Below, in pieces: positions 38,172-46,588 of a stretch of 64,000 bases of DNA; position 1 is the first letter of the stretch, and each line of letters begins with the position of its first letter. A program made the translations under genes and the position numbers. Location: positions 58,353 through 122,352 of the forward strand of contig CAZQBY010000002.1 of NCBI GenBank assembly GCA_964592405.1. The letters run 5' to 3'. The notes beneath the pieces were generated by a model, which was given only the letters and a program-made list of their open reading frames with translations, was not told where the DNA came from and did no database searches. Source of the DNA: an uncultured archaeon (GTDB lineage Archaea; Altiarchaeota; Altiarchaeia; JAFGQM01).

Positions 38172-39518
38172 TTATAATATCTCCAGATATTTGCTTATCT
38201 CCCAGTCGGTAACCACTGTACAATATTCGTTCCATTCAGCCATCTTGTTTCTGAGGAACTGGATATATGCATGCTCGCCCAAGGTCTCTCGGACAATCTT
38301 GCTTGTCTGCATCTCCTCAAGGGCCTCACCCAGGGATGCGGGAAGTGTCCTTATGTACCTGGACTCGAGCTTTTTGTCGTCAAACTCATAAACGTCCTCT
38401 TCCACAGGCTCGGGAGGCTTCTTCTTTTTCTTTATACCCTCCAGACCGGTCTTCAGCATAACGGCAAATGCCAGGTATGGATTACAGGATGGATCAGGAC
38501 ACCGAAGTTCAGCCCTAGTTGCCTTTTCCCTGCCGGAGGAGTATCTGGGCACGCGTATGAGAGCACTGCGGTTCTTCTGTCCCCAGCAGATATAAACCGG
38601 TGCCTCATATCCCGGAACAAGTCTCTTGTAGGAGTTTACAGTAGGTGCTATGATGGCGGATATTTCCCTTACATGTTCCAGTTGTCCTGCTATAAAACCA
38701 TATGCGACATCCGAAAGCCTGTATTTGTCATCCTTATCGAAGAAAGCATTGTTGCCTTTTTTGTCAAACAGACTCTGGTGAACGTGCATGCCACTACCAT
38801 TGACACCATATATCGGCTTTGGCATGAATGTCGCATGGAGATTATGCATGTTGGCTATTGCCTTGAATGCATACTTGAGGGTTATTGCATTGTCGGCTGT
38901 TGTGATGGCAGGTCCATAGCGAAAGTCTATCTCATGCTGGCCAGCCGCCACCTCATGATGGCTCATCTCAACTGTTATGCCAAGCCGCTCAAGGGCCAGA
39001 ATCATATCGCGTCTCACGCCATAAGCTAGGTCCATGGACAGATCAAAGTAGCTGCCCCTGTCATGCGGCAGAGGAGTGGTAAGACCATTTTCACGTTGAA
39101 ACAGGAAAAATTCCAGCTCAGGACCAGTATTATAATAATAGCCCATCTCCTCCGCTTCCTTCACCACTTTTTTGAGGATGTACCTCGGATCTCCCTCAAA
39201 TGGCTTTCCGTCGGGCATATAAACATCGCATATCATCCTCGCCGTGCTGCCGCTCTCCACAACCCTCCAGGGTATCACTGCATAAGTGCGGGGATCTGGC
39301 ACAAGATACATGTCGCTCTCGCATATTCGGGTGAAACCCTCTATAGACGAGCCGTCAAACCACGTCCCCTTCTCAAAAGACTCCTCCAGATGCTCCGCGG
39401 GTATCGTCACGCTCTTGACCGTGCCGAACAAATCGGTGAACTGCAGGTCGACGAACCTGACCCCGTCCTTTCTGGCCCTTTCCAGAACCTGCTCTTTCTC
39501 CCTATTTATGGATTCCAT
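38172..39518 (-). CDS. glnA: Glutamine synthetase type I
   Basis: FDGSSI, GPELEF, HHEVAAGQHE, GSGMHVH and ELRCPD motifs; ATG at 39518. Confidence 0.96.
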   Translation of the reverse strand: MESINREKEQVLERARKDGVRFVDLQFTDLFGTVKSVTIPAEHLEESFEKGTWFDGSSIEGFTRICESDMYLVPDPRTYAVIPWRVVESGSTARMICDVYMPDGKPFEGDPRYILKKVVKEAEEMGYYYNTGPELEFFLFQRENGLTTPLPHDRGSYFDLSMDLAYGVRRDMILALERLGITVEMSHHEVAAGQHEIDFRYGPAITTADNAITLKYAFKAIANMHNLHATFMPKPIYGVNGSGMHVHQSLFDKKGNNAFFDKDDKYRLSDVAYGFIAGQLEHVREISAIIAPTVNSYKRLVPGYEAPVYICWGQKNRSALIRVPRYSSGREKATRAELRCPDPSCNPYLAFAVMLKTGLEGIKKKKKPPEPVEEDVYEFDDKKLESRYIRTLPASLGEALEEMQTSKIVRETLGEHAYIQFLRNKMAEWNEYCTVVTDWEISKYLEIL

Positions 39519-39525
39519 TTTCAAT

Positions 39526-39556
39526 ATATGTTTATTTTACAGATATGTTTATTTTA
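39526..39556. promoter_or_regulatory. 14-bp direct repeat (ATATGTTTATTTTA x2, 17-bp period) immediately upstream of glnA
   Basis: Read at 39526-39539 and 39543-39556, within the very AT-rich glnA-lrp divergent region. Confidence 0.45.
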
Positions 39557-39771
39557 ACGGTAATTTAATATATAATCCTTTAAAAACTTTAGATTTTTAT
39601 ATTATTTTTTTAAAAAATAAATTAAAAAATAAAGACATCTAAATGGACCCGGTCTTGTTTTGGAAAAGGCTGATAGGAGGGAGAGAAGACACGAAAGAGC
39701 ACAACGGGGGAGAGATCTGCGGATCCCAGGAGTAGGATAGCTTTTTCAAAGTTGGCCGGCAAAAGATAATT

Positions 39772-40221
39772 ATGGAAAAAATCGACGACCTTGACCTGAA
39801 GATAATCAAGGAACTCCAGAAAGACGGGCGGGCCAGTTTCAGGGATATCGCCGAGAAGATAAAGGTCTCTGAAGGCACAGTATACAACCGCGTCAACAAA
39901 CTTCTGGAGGCTAGGGTGATAAGAAAGTTCATGCCGGACCTTGACTACTCAAAACTGGGCTATGATCTGACTGTTCTTGTAGGCCTCATAACCGAAGGCG
40001 GGAAGCTCATGGACATCGAACGAAGGATAACCGAATCACCAAATGTGAGCGCAGTCTATGATGTTACTGGTGAATACGACGCCATAATAATAGCCCAGTT
40101 CAAGAGCCGCGAGGAACTCAACGACTTTGTCAAGGCTCTGCTTGCCATGGAAGGAGTCAAGCGCACGAATACTATGCTCGTCTTGAACACAATGAAAGAG
40201 GAGCACGGTGTCTGGCTTTAA
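39772..40221 (+). CDS. Lrp/AsnC family regulator
   Basis: IDDLDLKIIKELQKDGRASF HTH; VYDVTGEYD RAM domain. Confidence 0.93.
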   Translation: MEKIDDLDLKIIKELQKDGRASFRDIAEKIKVSEGTVYNRVNKLLEARVIRKFMPDLDYSKLGYDLTVLVGLITEGGKLMDIERRITESPNVSAVYDVTGEYDAIIIAQFKSREELNDFVKALLAMEGVKRTNTMLVLNTMKEEHGVWL

Positions 40222-40267
40222 CAGCCAAATAAGGCTTTAATAAGGGCTTTTTCTAATTAGGCGGAAG

Positions 40268-41053
40268 ATGGACGCATACTCTATCTTGCAATCTGTCAGA
40301 GAGAAGAGACCACTCATCCACCATCTGACCAACTGGGTAACAATATATGATTGTGCCGCTGTAACAAGAGCCGTGGGTGCGCTTCCGGTCATGGCCCATG
40401 CACCTGAGGAGGTAGCACAAATGACAGGAATAGCCAGCGCACTGGTCCTGAACATCGGCACGCTGACCCGAGAGTTCATTGATGCGATGATAATCGCCGG
40501 CAGGGCGGCCAACAAGAAAGGTATACCAATTGTCCTAGACGCTGTGGGGACAGGAGCCACAGACCTGCGGACGCAGGAGTCCAAGAGGCTTCTCAGGGAG
40601 CTTAGGATAAGCATAATCAAGGGCAACGCCGGCGAGATAAGCACCCTGGCAGGGACCGAGGCCGAGGTCAAGGGAGTAGAATCTATCAGATCGGGCGACC
40701 CGGTGAAGGTCGCTCAGTCTTTGGCCAAGTCAAGCGGCTCGGTCATCGCCATAACCGGGAGGGAGGATATCGTTTCAGACGGGAAAAAGACCTACAGGAT
40801 ACTCAACGGCCATGAGATGATGGGCAAGGTGGTTGGGACAGGCTGCATGGCTGCTTCAGTCATCGGGAGCTTCGCGGCTGTTGAGAGGGATTACGCGAAA
40901 GCGGCCGCCTCGGCGCTGGCCTGCTTCGGGATAGCCGGCGAGATAGCCGCCCAGACCGCGAAGGGCCCGGGGACTTTCAAGGGGGCTTTTTTCGACGCGC
41001 TTTATAACCTGAAGAAAGAGGACATCGCCAAGCTAAGGGTAGATGAACTTTAA
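40268..41053 (+). CDS. thiM: Hydroxyethylthiazole kinase
   Basis: PLIHHLTNWV, NIGTL, IKGNAGE and GTGC motifs. Confidence 0.94.
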   Translation: MDAYSILQSVREKRPLIHHLTNWVTIYDCAAVTRAVGALPVMAHAPEEVAQMTGIASALVLNIGTLTREFIDAMIIAGRAANKKGIPIVLDAVGTGATDLRTQESKRLLRELRISIIKGNAGEISTLAGTEAEVKGVESIRSGDPVKVAQSLAKSSGSVIAITGREDIVSDGKKTYRILNGHEMMGKVVGTGCMAASVIGSFAAVERDYAKAAASALACFGIAGEIAAQTAKGPGTFKGAFFDALYNLKKEDIAKLRVDEL

Positions 41054-41657
41054 CGGCTTCTACTTCATCACGGACAGCAGGCTGAGCAGGCAGGGCATAG
41101 TCAGGGACGTGGAGGACGCCATAAGGGGCGGAGCGACCATAATCCAGTACCGCGAGAAGGAGAAGGACACTGGTCCCATGATTGAAGAGGCGCGTGAAAT
41201 AAAGGGGGTATGCAGAGGGAAGGCTGCTTTTCTAATCAACGACCGTGTAGATGTCTGCCTTGCTGTTGACGCAGATGGGCTACACCTCGGCCAGACGGAT
41301 ATGGGCTACAAGGATGCGCGCAGGCTCCTCGGTGATAAGATAATCGGAATAACGGTCCACAACCTGAAGGAGGCCAAGGCCGCTGAAGCCATGGGAGCCG
41401 ACTATGTCGGCGTGAGCCCCATCTTCGAGACGAAGACGAAGGCGGACGCCGGCCCGGCGGCCGGACTGGAGACGCTAAAGGAGATAGCGCAGAACCTTGC
41501 GATACCCGTAGTAGCCATAGGCGGAATAACACTGGAGAATGCAAAGAGCGTCATGGAGGCCGGAGCCACCACCCTCTGCGCAATGTCGGCAACGATAGGC
41601 GAGGATGTGGGGAGAAGGGTCAGGGCATTCACAAACATAATCAATGCTTCCAAGTAA
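41043..41657 (+). CDS. thiE: Thiamine-phosphate synthase
   Basis: QYREKE, INDRVD, HLGQTD, TKTK and AIGGI motifs. Confidence 0.94.
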   Translation: MNFNGFYFITDSRLSRQGIVRDVEDAIRGGATIIQYREKEKDTGPMIEEAREIKGVCRGKAAFLINDRVDVCLAVDADGLHLGQTDMGYKDARRLLGDKIIGITVHNLKEAKAAEAMGADYVGVSPIFETKTKADAGPAAGLETLKEIAQNLAIPVVAIGGITLENAKSVMEAGATTLCAMSATIGEDVGRRVRAFTNIINASK

Positions 41658-41702
41658 TTCCCACTTTTATTCATTTAACAGTTATTAACTCCTAACCATA
41701 CG

Positions 41703-41879
41703 ATGGCTCTGATAGTGGAGGAAACCTTTGAAGCGTTGTTTGCCCTAACGGACATCCGTCAATTGCTCAGAGAGACAAAACCCTCATACAAGCTCACTCC
41801 GGAGCAGAGGAAGCTGCTTGAAAAGAGGATTGCGCGCGTACGCAAGGCACTGGAGATTATTGAGAAGGAATTTGGATAA
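41703..41879 (+). CDS. 58-aa helical protein coupled to SepCysS (candidate SepCysE-N-like partner)
   Basis: My translation: MALIVEETFEALFALTDIRQLLRETKPSYKLTPEQRKLLEKRIARVRKALEIIEKEFG; TAATG overlap with the pscS start; TATA box upstream. Confidence 0.7.
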   Translation: MALIVEETFEALFALTDIRQLLRETKPSYKLTPEQRKLLEKRIARVRKALEIIEKEFG

Positions 41880-43054
41880 TGCAGCCAATACGCAATATAC
41901 AGGTTAGGACGCGCGAAGAGGAGTACATCAACATCCAGCCGATACAGGCCGCTGGCCGTCTGACTGCAGACGCCATGAAGGCGCTCATCGCCTATGGGGA
42001 TGGTTACTCGACCTGCGATTTGTGTCTCAAGCCGTTCCGTCTGGATTATATCAGGAAGCCGAATATCGCCGATTTCTACACAGACTTGGCCAAGTTTGTC
42101 AACATGGATGTCGCGCGCGTCATGCCGGGCGCGCGAAGAGCCTTTCAGGCTGTCTGCCTGAGCCTGTTGAGTAAGGGTGACACCGCCTTGATAAGCCAGT
42201 ATGGCCACTACTCACTAGCCTTGGCCATCGAACAAAGCGGCGCACAGTGGAGGGAGATTCCTGCAAATGACAAAAACCTAATTACTGCAGAAGCAACAGC
42301 ACAGAAGATAGAATTAGTCAAAAAGGAGACAGGAAATCTGCCAAAGCTGGTTGCCATGCATCACTTTGACTACATGCTTGCCAACGAGCATGAAATCAAG
42401 GATATAATCAGGGTGGCTCATGAGTATGATATCCCCCTCCTCTACAACGGGGCATATACAGTTGGTGTGATGCCCGTAGACGGCAAGAAGTTAGGTGCTG
42501 ACTTTGTTGTTGGATCAGGCCACAAATCCATGGCGGCTCCGGCACCAACGGGTGTTCTGGCAATGACAGAGGAATGGGCTGAGAAAGTCTTGAACACTAC
42601 AAACGCCGCCGGGGATGTTACAGGCAGAAAATTCGGCATCAAGGAGGTCCAGCTCTTGGGCTGTACGGTCATGGGCGCGCCGCTGATAGCCATGATGGCT
42701 TCTTTCCCCCATGTGCAGGAGCGCATCAAGCACTGGGATGAAGAGGTCAGAAAGTCCAACTATTTCATAGATGAGATGCTCAGGATAGAGGGAACTACAT
42801 GCATAAGTGAGTATCCACGAAAACACACTTTGACAAAAATAAACACAGAGGGTTTTGACAGGGTGGCAAAGACCCACAAAAAACGCGGTTTTTTCCTGAC
42901 CAGTGAGCTCTCAAAGCGTCACATAACCGGGCCGTTCCCCGGGGCAACCCGCGACTGGAAGCTGAACACCTACGGGCTGACCTGGGAGCAGATAGAATAC
43001 ACTGCTAACGCCTTCCATGAGATTGCCAAGAAGAGCGGCCTGACCGTTTCTTAA
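41879..43054 (+). CDS. pscS: O-phosphoseryl-tRNA:Cys-tRNA synthase (SepCysS)
   Basis: INIQPIQAAGRL, GDGYSTCDLC, GSGHKS (PLP Lys) and LLGCT motifs. Confidence 0.93.
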   Translation: MQPIRNIQVRTREEEYINIQPIQAAGRLTADAMKALIAYGDGYSTCDLCLKPFRLDYIRKPNIADFYTDLAKFVNMDVARVMPGARRAFQAVCLSLLSKGDTALISQYGHYSLALAIEQSGAQWREIPANDKNLITAEATAQKIELVKKETGNLPKLVAMHHFDYMLANEHEIKDIIRVAHEYDIPLLYNGAYTVGVMPVDGKKLGADFVVGSGHKSMAAPAPTGVLAMTEEWAEKVLNTTNAAGDVTGRKFGIKEVQLLGCTVMGAPLIAMMASFPHVQERIKHWDEEVRKSNYFIDEMLRIEGTTCISEYPRKHTLTKINTEGFDRVAKTHKKRGFFLTSELSKRHITGPFPGATRDWKLNTYGLTWEQIEYTANAFHEIAKKSGLTVS

Positions 43055-43090
43055 AACAGGATTTATTAATCCCGACCGGCAAGATTACCC

Positions 43091-44266
43091 GTGGACTACA
43101 TCTATCTGGATAATGACGCCTCTACGCGCGTGGATGATGAGGTAGTGGAGGCAATGATACCCTTCTTCACCAAAGACTATGGCATGGCCAGCTCCGACTT
43201 CGGTCACACCTACGGAGTCAAGTGCAGGCGCGCCATAGAGGAAGCGCGCGCAATAATAGCCGAAAAGATAAATGCTGAACCGGAAGAGGTTTTATTCACC
43301 TCTGGTGTGGCAGAGTCCAATAACACCGCCATCCGCGGGATGGGAATGGGCAAAAATGGTAATATGGTGACCAGCACCATCGAGCAGAAAACAGTTCTCA
43401 ACGTCATGAAGTTTCTCGAGGACCACAAGCGGGTCAAGAGGGCGGTCGTAGGAGTTGACAACGAGGGTTTCGTGGATTTTGAAGAGCTGGAAAGGGCGAT
43501 TACCAAAGACACGAGGGTAGTATCCATCCAGCATGCGAACCATGAGATAGGCACAATACAAGACATTGCCCGGATAGGCAGGCTCTGTAGCGAGAAGGGC
43601 ATCCCCTTCCACACGGATGCATCACACAGCTTCCTGAAAACCGATATAGATGTAGAGAGGATGAACATAGACCTGATGACTATAAGCGCACACAACATAT
43701 ACGGGCCGAAGGGTGTGGGTGCACTCTACGTCAGGAAGGGTATAGAAATCACACCGCTACTGATTGGCGGGGGGGAGCAGAGAGGACTGCGCTCCGGGCT
43801 GGAGGATGTTCCAGCAATAGTCGGATTTGCTAAGGCAGTAGAGATATACAACGAGAAGGACAACGCCAAAATGCGCGTACTGAGGGATTATTTGATAGAT
43901 GGACTGCTGGGAATAGAGGATACACACCTCAACGGTCCCAAGGGCAAGAAACGCCTGTGCAACAACGCCAACATAACATTCAAATACGTAGAGGGCGAAT
44001 CTATCCTGCTCCATCTGGACATGCGTGGTATAGCAGTCACAACCGGCTCTGCCTGTTTCAGCAGGGAGCTCACCCCAAGCCATGTAATACATGCTATAGG
44101 TGGCAGCCATGCAGACGCACATGGATCAGTCAGGTTCAGTTTGTCCAAGTACAATAACAGGCAGGAGATGGATTATACAGTGAAAAACGTCAGGGAGGTT
44201 GTCGAAAAGTTAAGGGAGATAAGCCCTGTTGGAGGGGGCAAGACCAAAAGGGGGACTAAAGACTAA
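43091..44266 (+). CDS. iscS: IscS-family protein with the PLP-binding Lys replaced by Asn
   Basis: YLDNDAST, HANHEIGT, SAHNIYGPKG and TTGSACFS motifs. Confidence 0.88.
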   Translation: MDYIYLDNDASTRVDDEVVEAMIPFFTKDYGMASSDFGHTYGVKCRRAIEEARAIIAEKINAEPEEVLFTSGVAESNNTAIRGMGMGKNGNMVTSTIEQKTVLNVMKFLEDHKRVKRAVVGVDNEGFVDFEELERAITKDTRVVSIQHANHEIGTIQDIARIGRLCSEKGIPFHTDASHSFLKTDIDVERMNIDLMTISAHNIYGPKGVGALYVRKGIEITPLLIGGGEQRGLRSGLEDVPAIVGFAKAVEIYNEKDNAKMRVLRDYLIDGLLGIEDTHLNGPKGKKRLCNNANITFKYVEGESILLHLDMRGIAVTTGSACFSRELTPSHVIHAIGGSHADAHGSVRFSLSKYNNRQEMDYTVKNVREVVEKLREISPVGGGKTKRGTKD

Positions 44267-44278
44267 AAGAAGCTGAAG

Positions 44279-44917
44279 ATGTATACAGAGAAGGTCATGG
44301 ATCACTTCAAGAACCCACGCAATGTAGGGGAGATAAAAAACCCGGATGCAAAGTCAACTGAAGGCAGTCTTGCCTGCGGAGATATGGTAACCATGTATCT
44401 CAGGATAGACAAGAAGTCGCATGTGATAAAGGACATCAAGTTCAAATCCTTCGGATGCGCATCCAACATCGCCACATGCTCCGCGCTGACAGAGATGGTA
44501 AAAGGCAAGACCATTGAGGATGCCAAAAACATCAAATTTGAGGAGATTGCTGATTATCTGGGCGGCCTGCCCAAGATAAAGATGCACTGCGCGGTTTTGG
44601 CTACAGTGGCCCTGCGCTCGGCAATCAAGAACTATGAGGAGGAGCATGGCCTTGTTGATGTTAGGGAGGAGGTGAATGAGGAGAATGTCAAGAAGCGACT
44701 ACGCCATGTCATGGATCCGGACAGTGGTAAGGATATTGTCAGCCTAGGAATAGTCAAGAGAATAATGATAAAGGGCGAGACCATTGAGATTCTGGTCGAG
44801 CTTCCCCCCAACTACCGCTATGCAGAGGTGGTGTTTGACGAGATAAAGGAAAAGCTGATAGGTCTGCCCAAGATCAAAAAAATTGACGTCAAGCTCGTTA
44901 AGGGCGGGGCTTTCTGA
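44279..44917 (+). CDS. iscU: IscU scaffold fused to a C-terminal DUF59/MIP18-like domain
   Basis: DHFKNPRNVG, ACGD, FGCAS and KMHC motifs, then VMDPDSGKDIVSLGIV. Confidence 0.88.
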   Translation: MYTEKVMDHFKNPRNVGEIKNPDAKSTEGSLACGDMVTMYLRIDKKSHVIKDIKFKSFGCASNIATCSALTEMVKGKTIEDAKNIKFEEIADYLGGLPKIKMHCAVLATVALRSAIKNYEEEHGLVDVREEVNEENVKKRLRHVMDPDSGKDIVSLGIVKRIMIKGETIEILVELPPNYRYAEVVFDEIKEKLIGLPKIKKIDVKLVKGGAF

Positions 44918-45539
44918 TCGGAATCTTCGATTTTTCATGCATCATGTGCCCCGGCGGATTGTATCCCCGGGGGAGTTCAGTTATGCCAGGTATCCATGTC
45001 AGCATCCTTTGGTTTACACCTACTGTCCTAAATTTGGAATACGGGCCAGCCTTCGGCTTTGTGCCAAAACTCACGGCAGATATACCCAGATGTTCACCCT
45101 GCATAAGCTCATTCAAACCTATTTCACTTCCCAAGCCCAAGCCCTTTATGACGGCCACCTCACCGGGCCCCACAGTCATATGCTCTAGTTTTCTCTGACT
45201 TTTTCCCCTCCATTCAGGTGAGGCGTGGAACATAAGAAGACCCTCGATCCTTGGACTGACTTTATAGGCCGTCATGTTGGGAGTATACTGTATGCAGGCC
45301 ACAGGTGTGAGCCTCCCTGCCTCACCCACGTGGTTGACAAGCAACATTTGGTGGTGTCCGCCTCTCTTGATCTTTTTGTACCATCTCTGGACTACAATAC
45401 CGTGTCCTTCCCTCACCTTTCTCATCTCATAACCGGCCCTCTTAAGGCCTTCCTGGGTGGGAATCCTCAGGTTTGGGCGCCTATGAACCTCCATCCTGAT
45501 AGGATGTGTGTGCCCATGCTGTGGTTTTCGGTGAGGCAT
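44898..45539 (-). CDS. Orphan basic protein, GNAT-like fold
   Basis: LMFHASPEWRGK...KGLGLGSEI resembles a split acetyl-CoA motif A; polybasic termini. Confidence 0.55.
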   Translation of the reverse strand: MPHRKPQHGHTHPIRMEVHRRPNLRIPTQEGLKRAGYEMRKVREGHGIVVQRWYKKIKRGGHHQMLLVNHVGEAGRLTPVACIQYTPNMTAYKVSPRIEGLLMFHASPEWRGKSQRKLEHMTVGPGEVAVIKGLGLGSEIGLNELMQGEHLGISAVSFGTKPKAGPYSKFRTVGVNQRMLTWIPGITELPRGYNPPGHMMHEKSKIPIRKPRP

Positions 45540-45663
45540 TTTTGTGGTTTTAATGAAATAAAAAATAAAAACCTACCTAGAGGACTGTGGCAGATGCAAG
45601 GTGGAGAAGCCGGCAGAAAACCTCTGATTTTTATATAATCTATCCAAAAATTAGGGTTTTACT

Positions 45664-46242
45664 ATGGCCGAGAGTGTGTTAGAGATTCGCATCCACGGAA
45701 GAGGGGGCCAGGGCGGTAAAACTGCAGCACAGTTCATAGCCGAGGCAGGGGTTGACGAAGGAAAATTTGTACAGGCCTTCCCGGAGTATGGGCCAGAGAG
45801 AAGCGGTGCCCCTGTGACAGCCTACGCGCGCATATCCAACAAACGCATCCGCCTCTACCAGCCAGTGCACAACCCGGACATCGTCCTAGTCATTGACCCC
45901 ACGCTCATAGGCCCGATAGACGTTACCGAGGGCATGAAAGATGATGGCATACTCATAGTCAACACCCCCAAATCTCCAGAGGAGATAAGAAAGCAAACAA
46001 AATTTAATGGCCGGATATACACTGTGGATGCCACCAAGATATCCATGGATGCCACAGGGACCAACAAACCCAACGTCCCCATGCTGGGGGCTATGATAAG
46101 GGTCACAGGAGTCATAAAGCTGGACAGTATTGAGAACAAGATACGCCACAAGTTTACCAAGAAACTGGGCGAGGAGAGAACACAGGCCACTGTGGATGCC
46201 ATCAAACGGGCATATAAGGAGGTTGTGGGTTATACAGGCTAG
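45664..46242 (+). CDS. porC: Pyruvate/2-oxoacid:ferredoxin oxidoreductase gamma subunit
   Basis: EIRIHGRGGQG and YGPERSGAPV motifs. Confidence 0.93.
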   Translation: MAESVLEIRIHGRGGQGGKTAAQFIAEAGVDEGKFVQAFPEYGPERSGAPVTAYARISNKRIRLYQPVHNPDIVLVIDPTLIGPIDVTEGMKDDGILIVNTPKSPEEIRKQTKFNGRIYTVDATKISMDATGTNKPNVPMLGAMIRVTGVIKLDSIENKIRHKFTKKLGEERTQATVDAIKRAYKEVVGYTG

Positions 46243-46255
46243 CACTATACTTAAG

Positions 46256-46588
46256 ATGACAGAGGACAAATTGGTAGAGAACAAATCCAAGGCATTATTA
46301 CGGAAGAAGGGCTGGAGGGAGATACCGATAGGTGGGGTAATTGAAAACACGCCCACCTCCCTAATAAACAAAACTGGTGCGTGGCGTGCATTCAGACCTG
46401 TCTGGGACAAAGAGAAGTGTATAAACTGCATGATATGCGTAGCCTACTGCCCGGACATGTGCATACCTGTTGAGGGCGACAAACGTCTAGAGACCAATTT
46501 TGACTATTGCAAGGGTTGTGGTATCTGTGCCACAGTGTGCCCAGTCAAATGCATCAGAATGGAGGAGGAGGGTAAATTCAGAGAATGA
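46256..46588 (+). CDS. porD: Oxidoreductase delta subunit (2x[4Fe-4S])
   Basis: TGAWRAFRP, CINCMIC..CP and CKGCGIC...CP motifs; ATG at 46256. Confidence 0.92.
   Translation: MTEDKLVENKSKALLRKKGWREIPIGGVIENTPTSLINKTGAWRAFRPVWDKEKCINCMICVAYCPDMCIPVEGDKRLETNFDYCKGCGICATVCPVKCIRMEEEGKFRE

Noticed and set aside
39524-39772. NrpR operator at glnA
   Set aside because: No GGAA-N6-TTCC found by eye.
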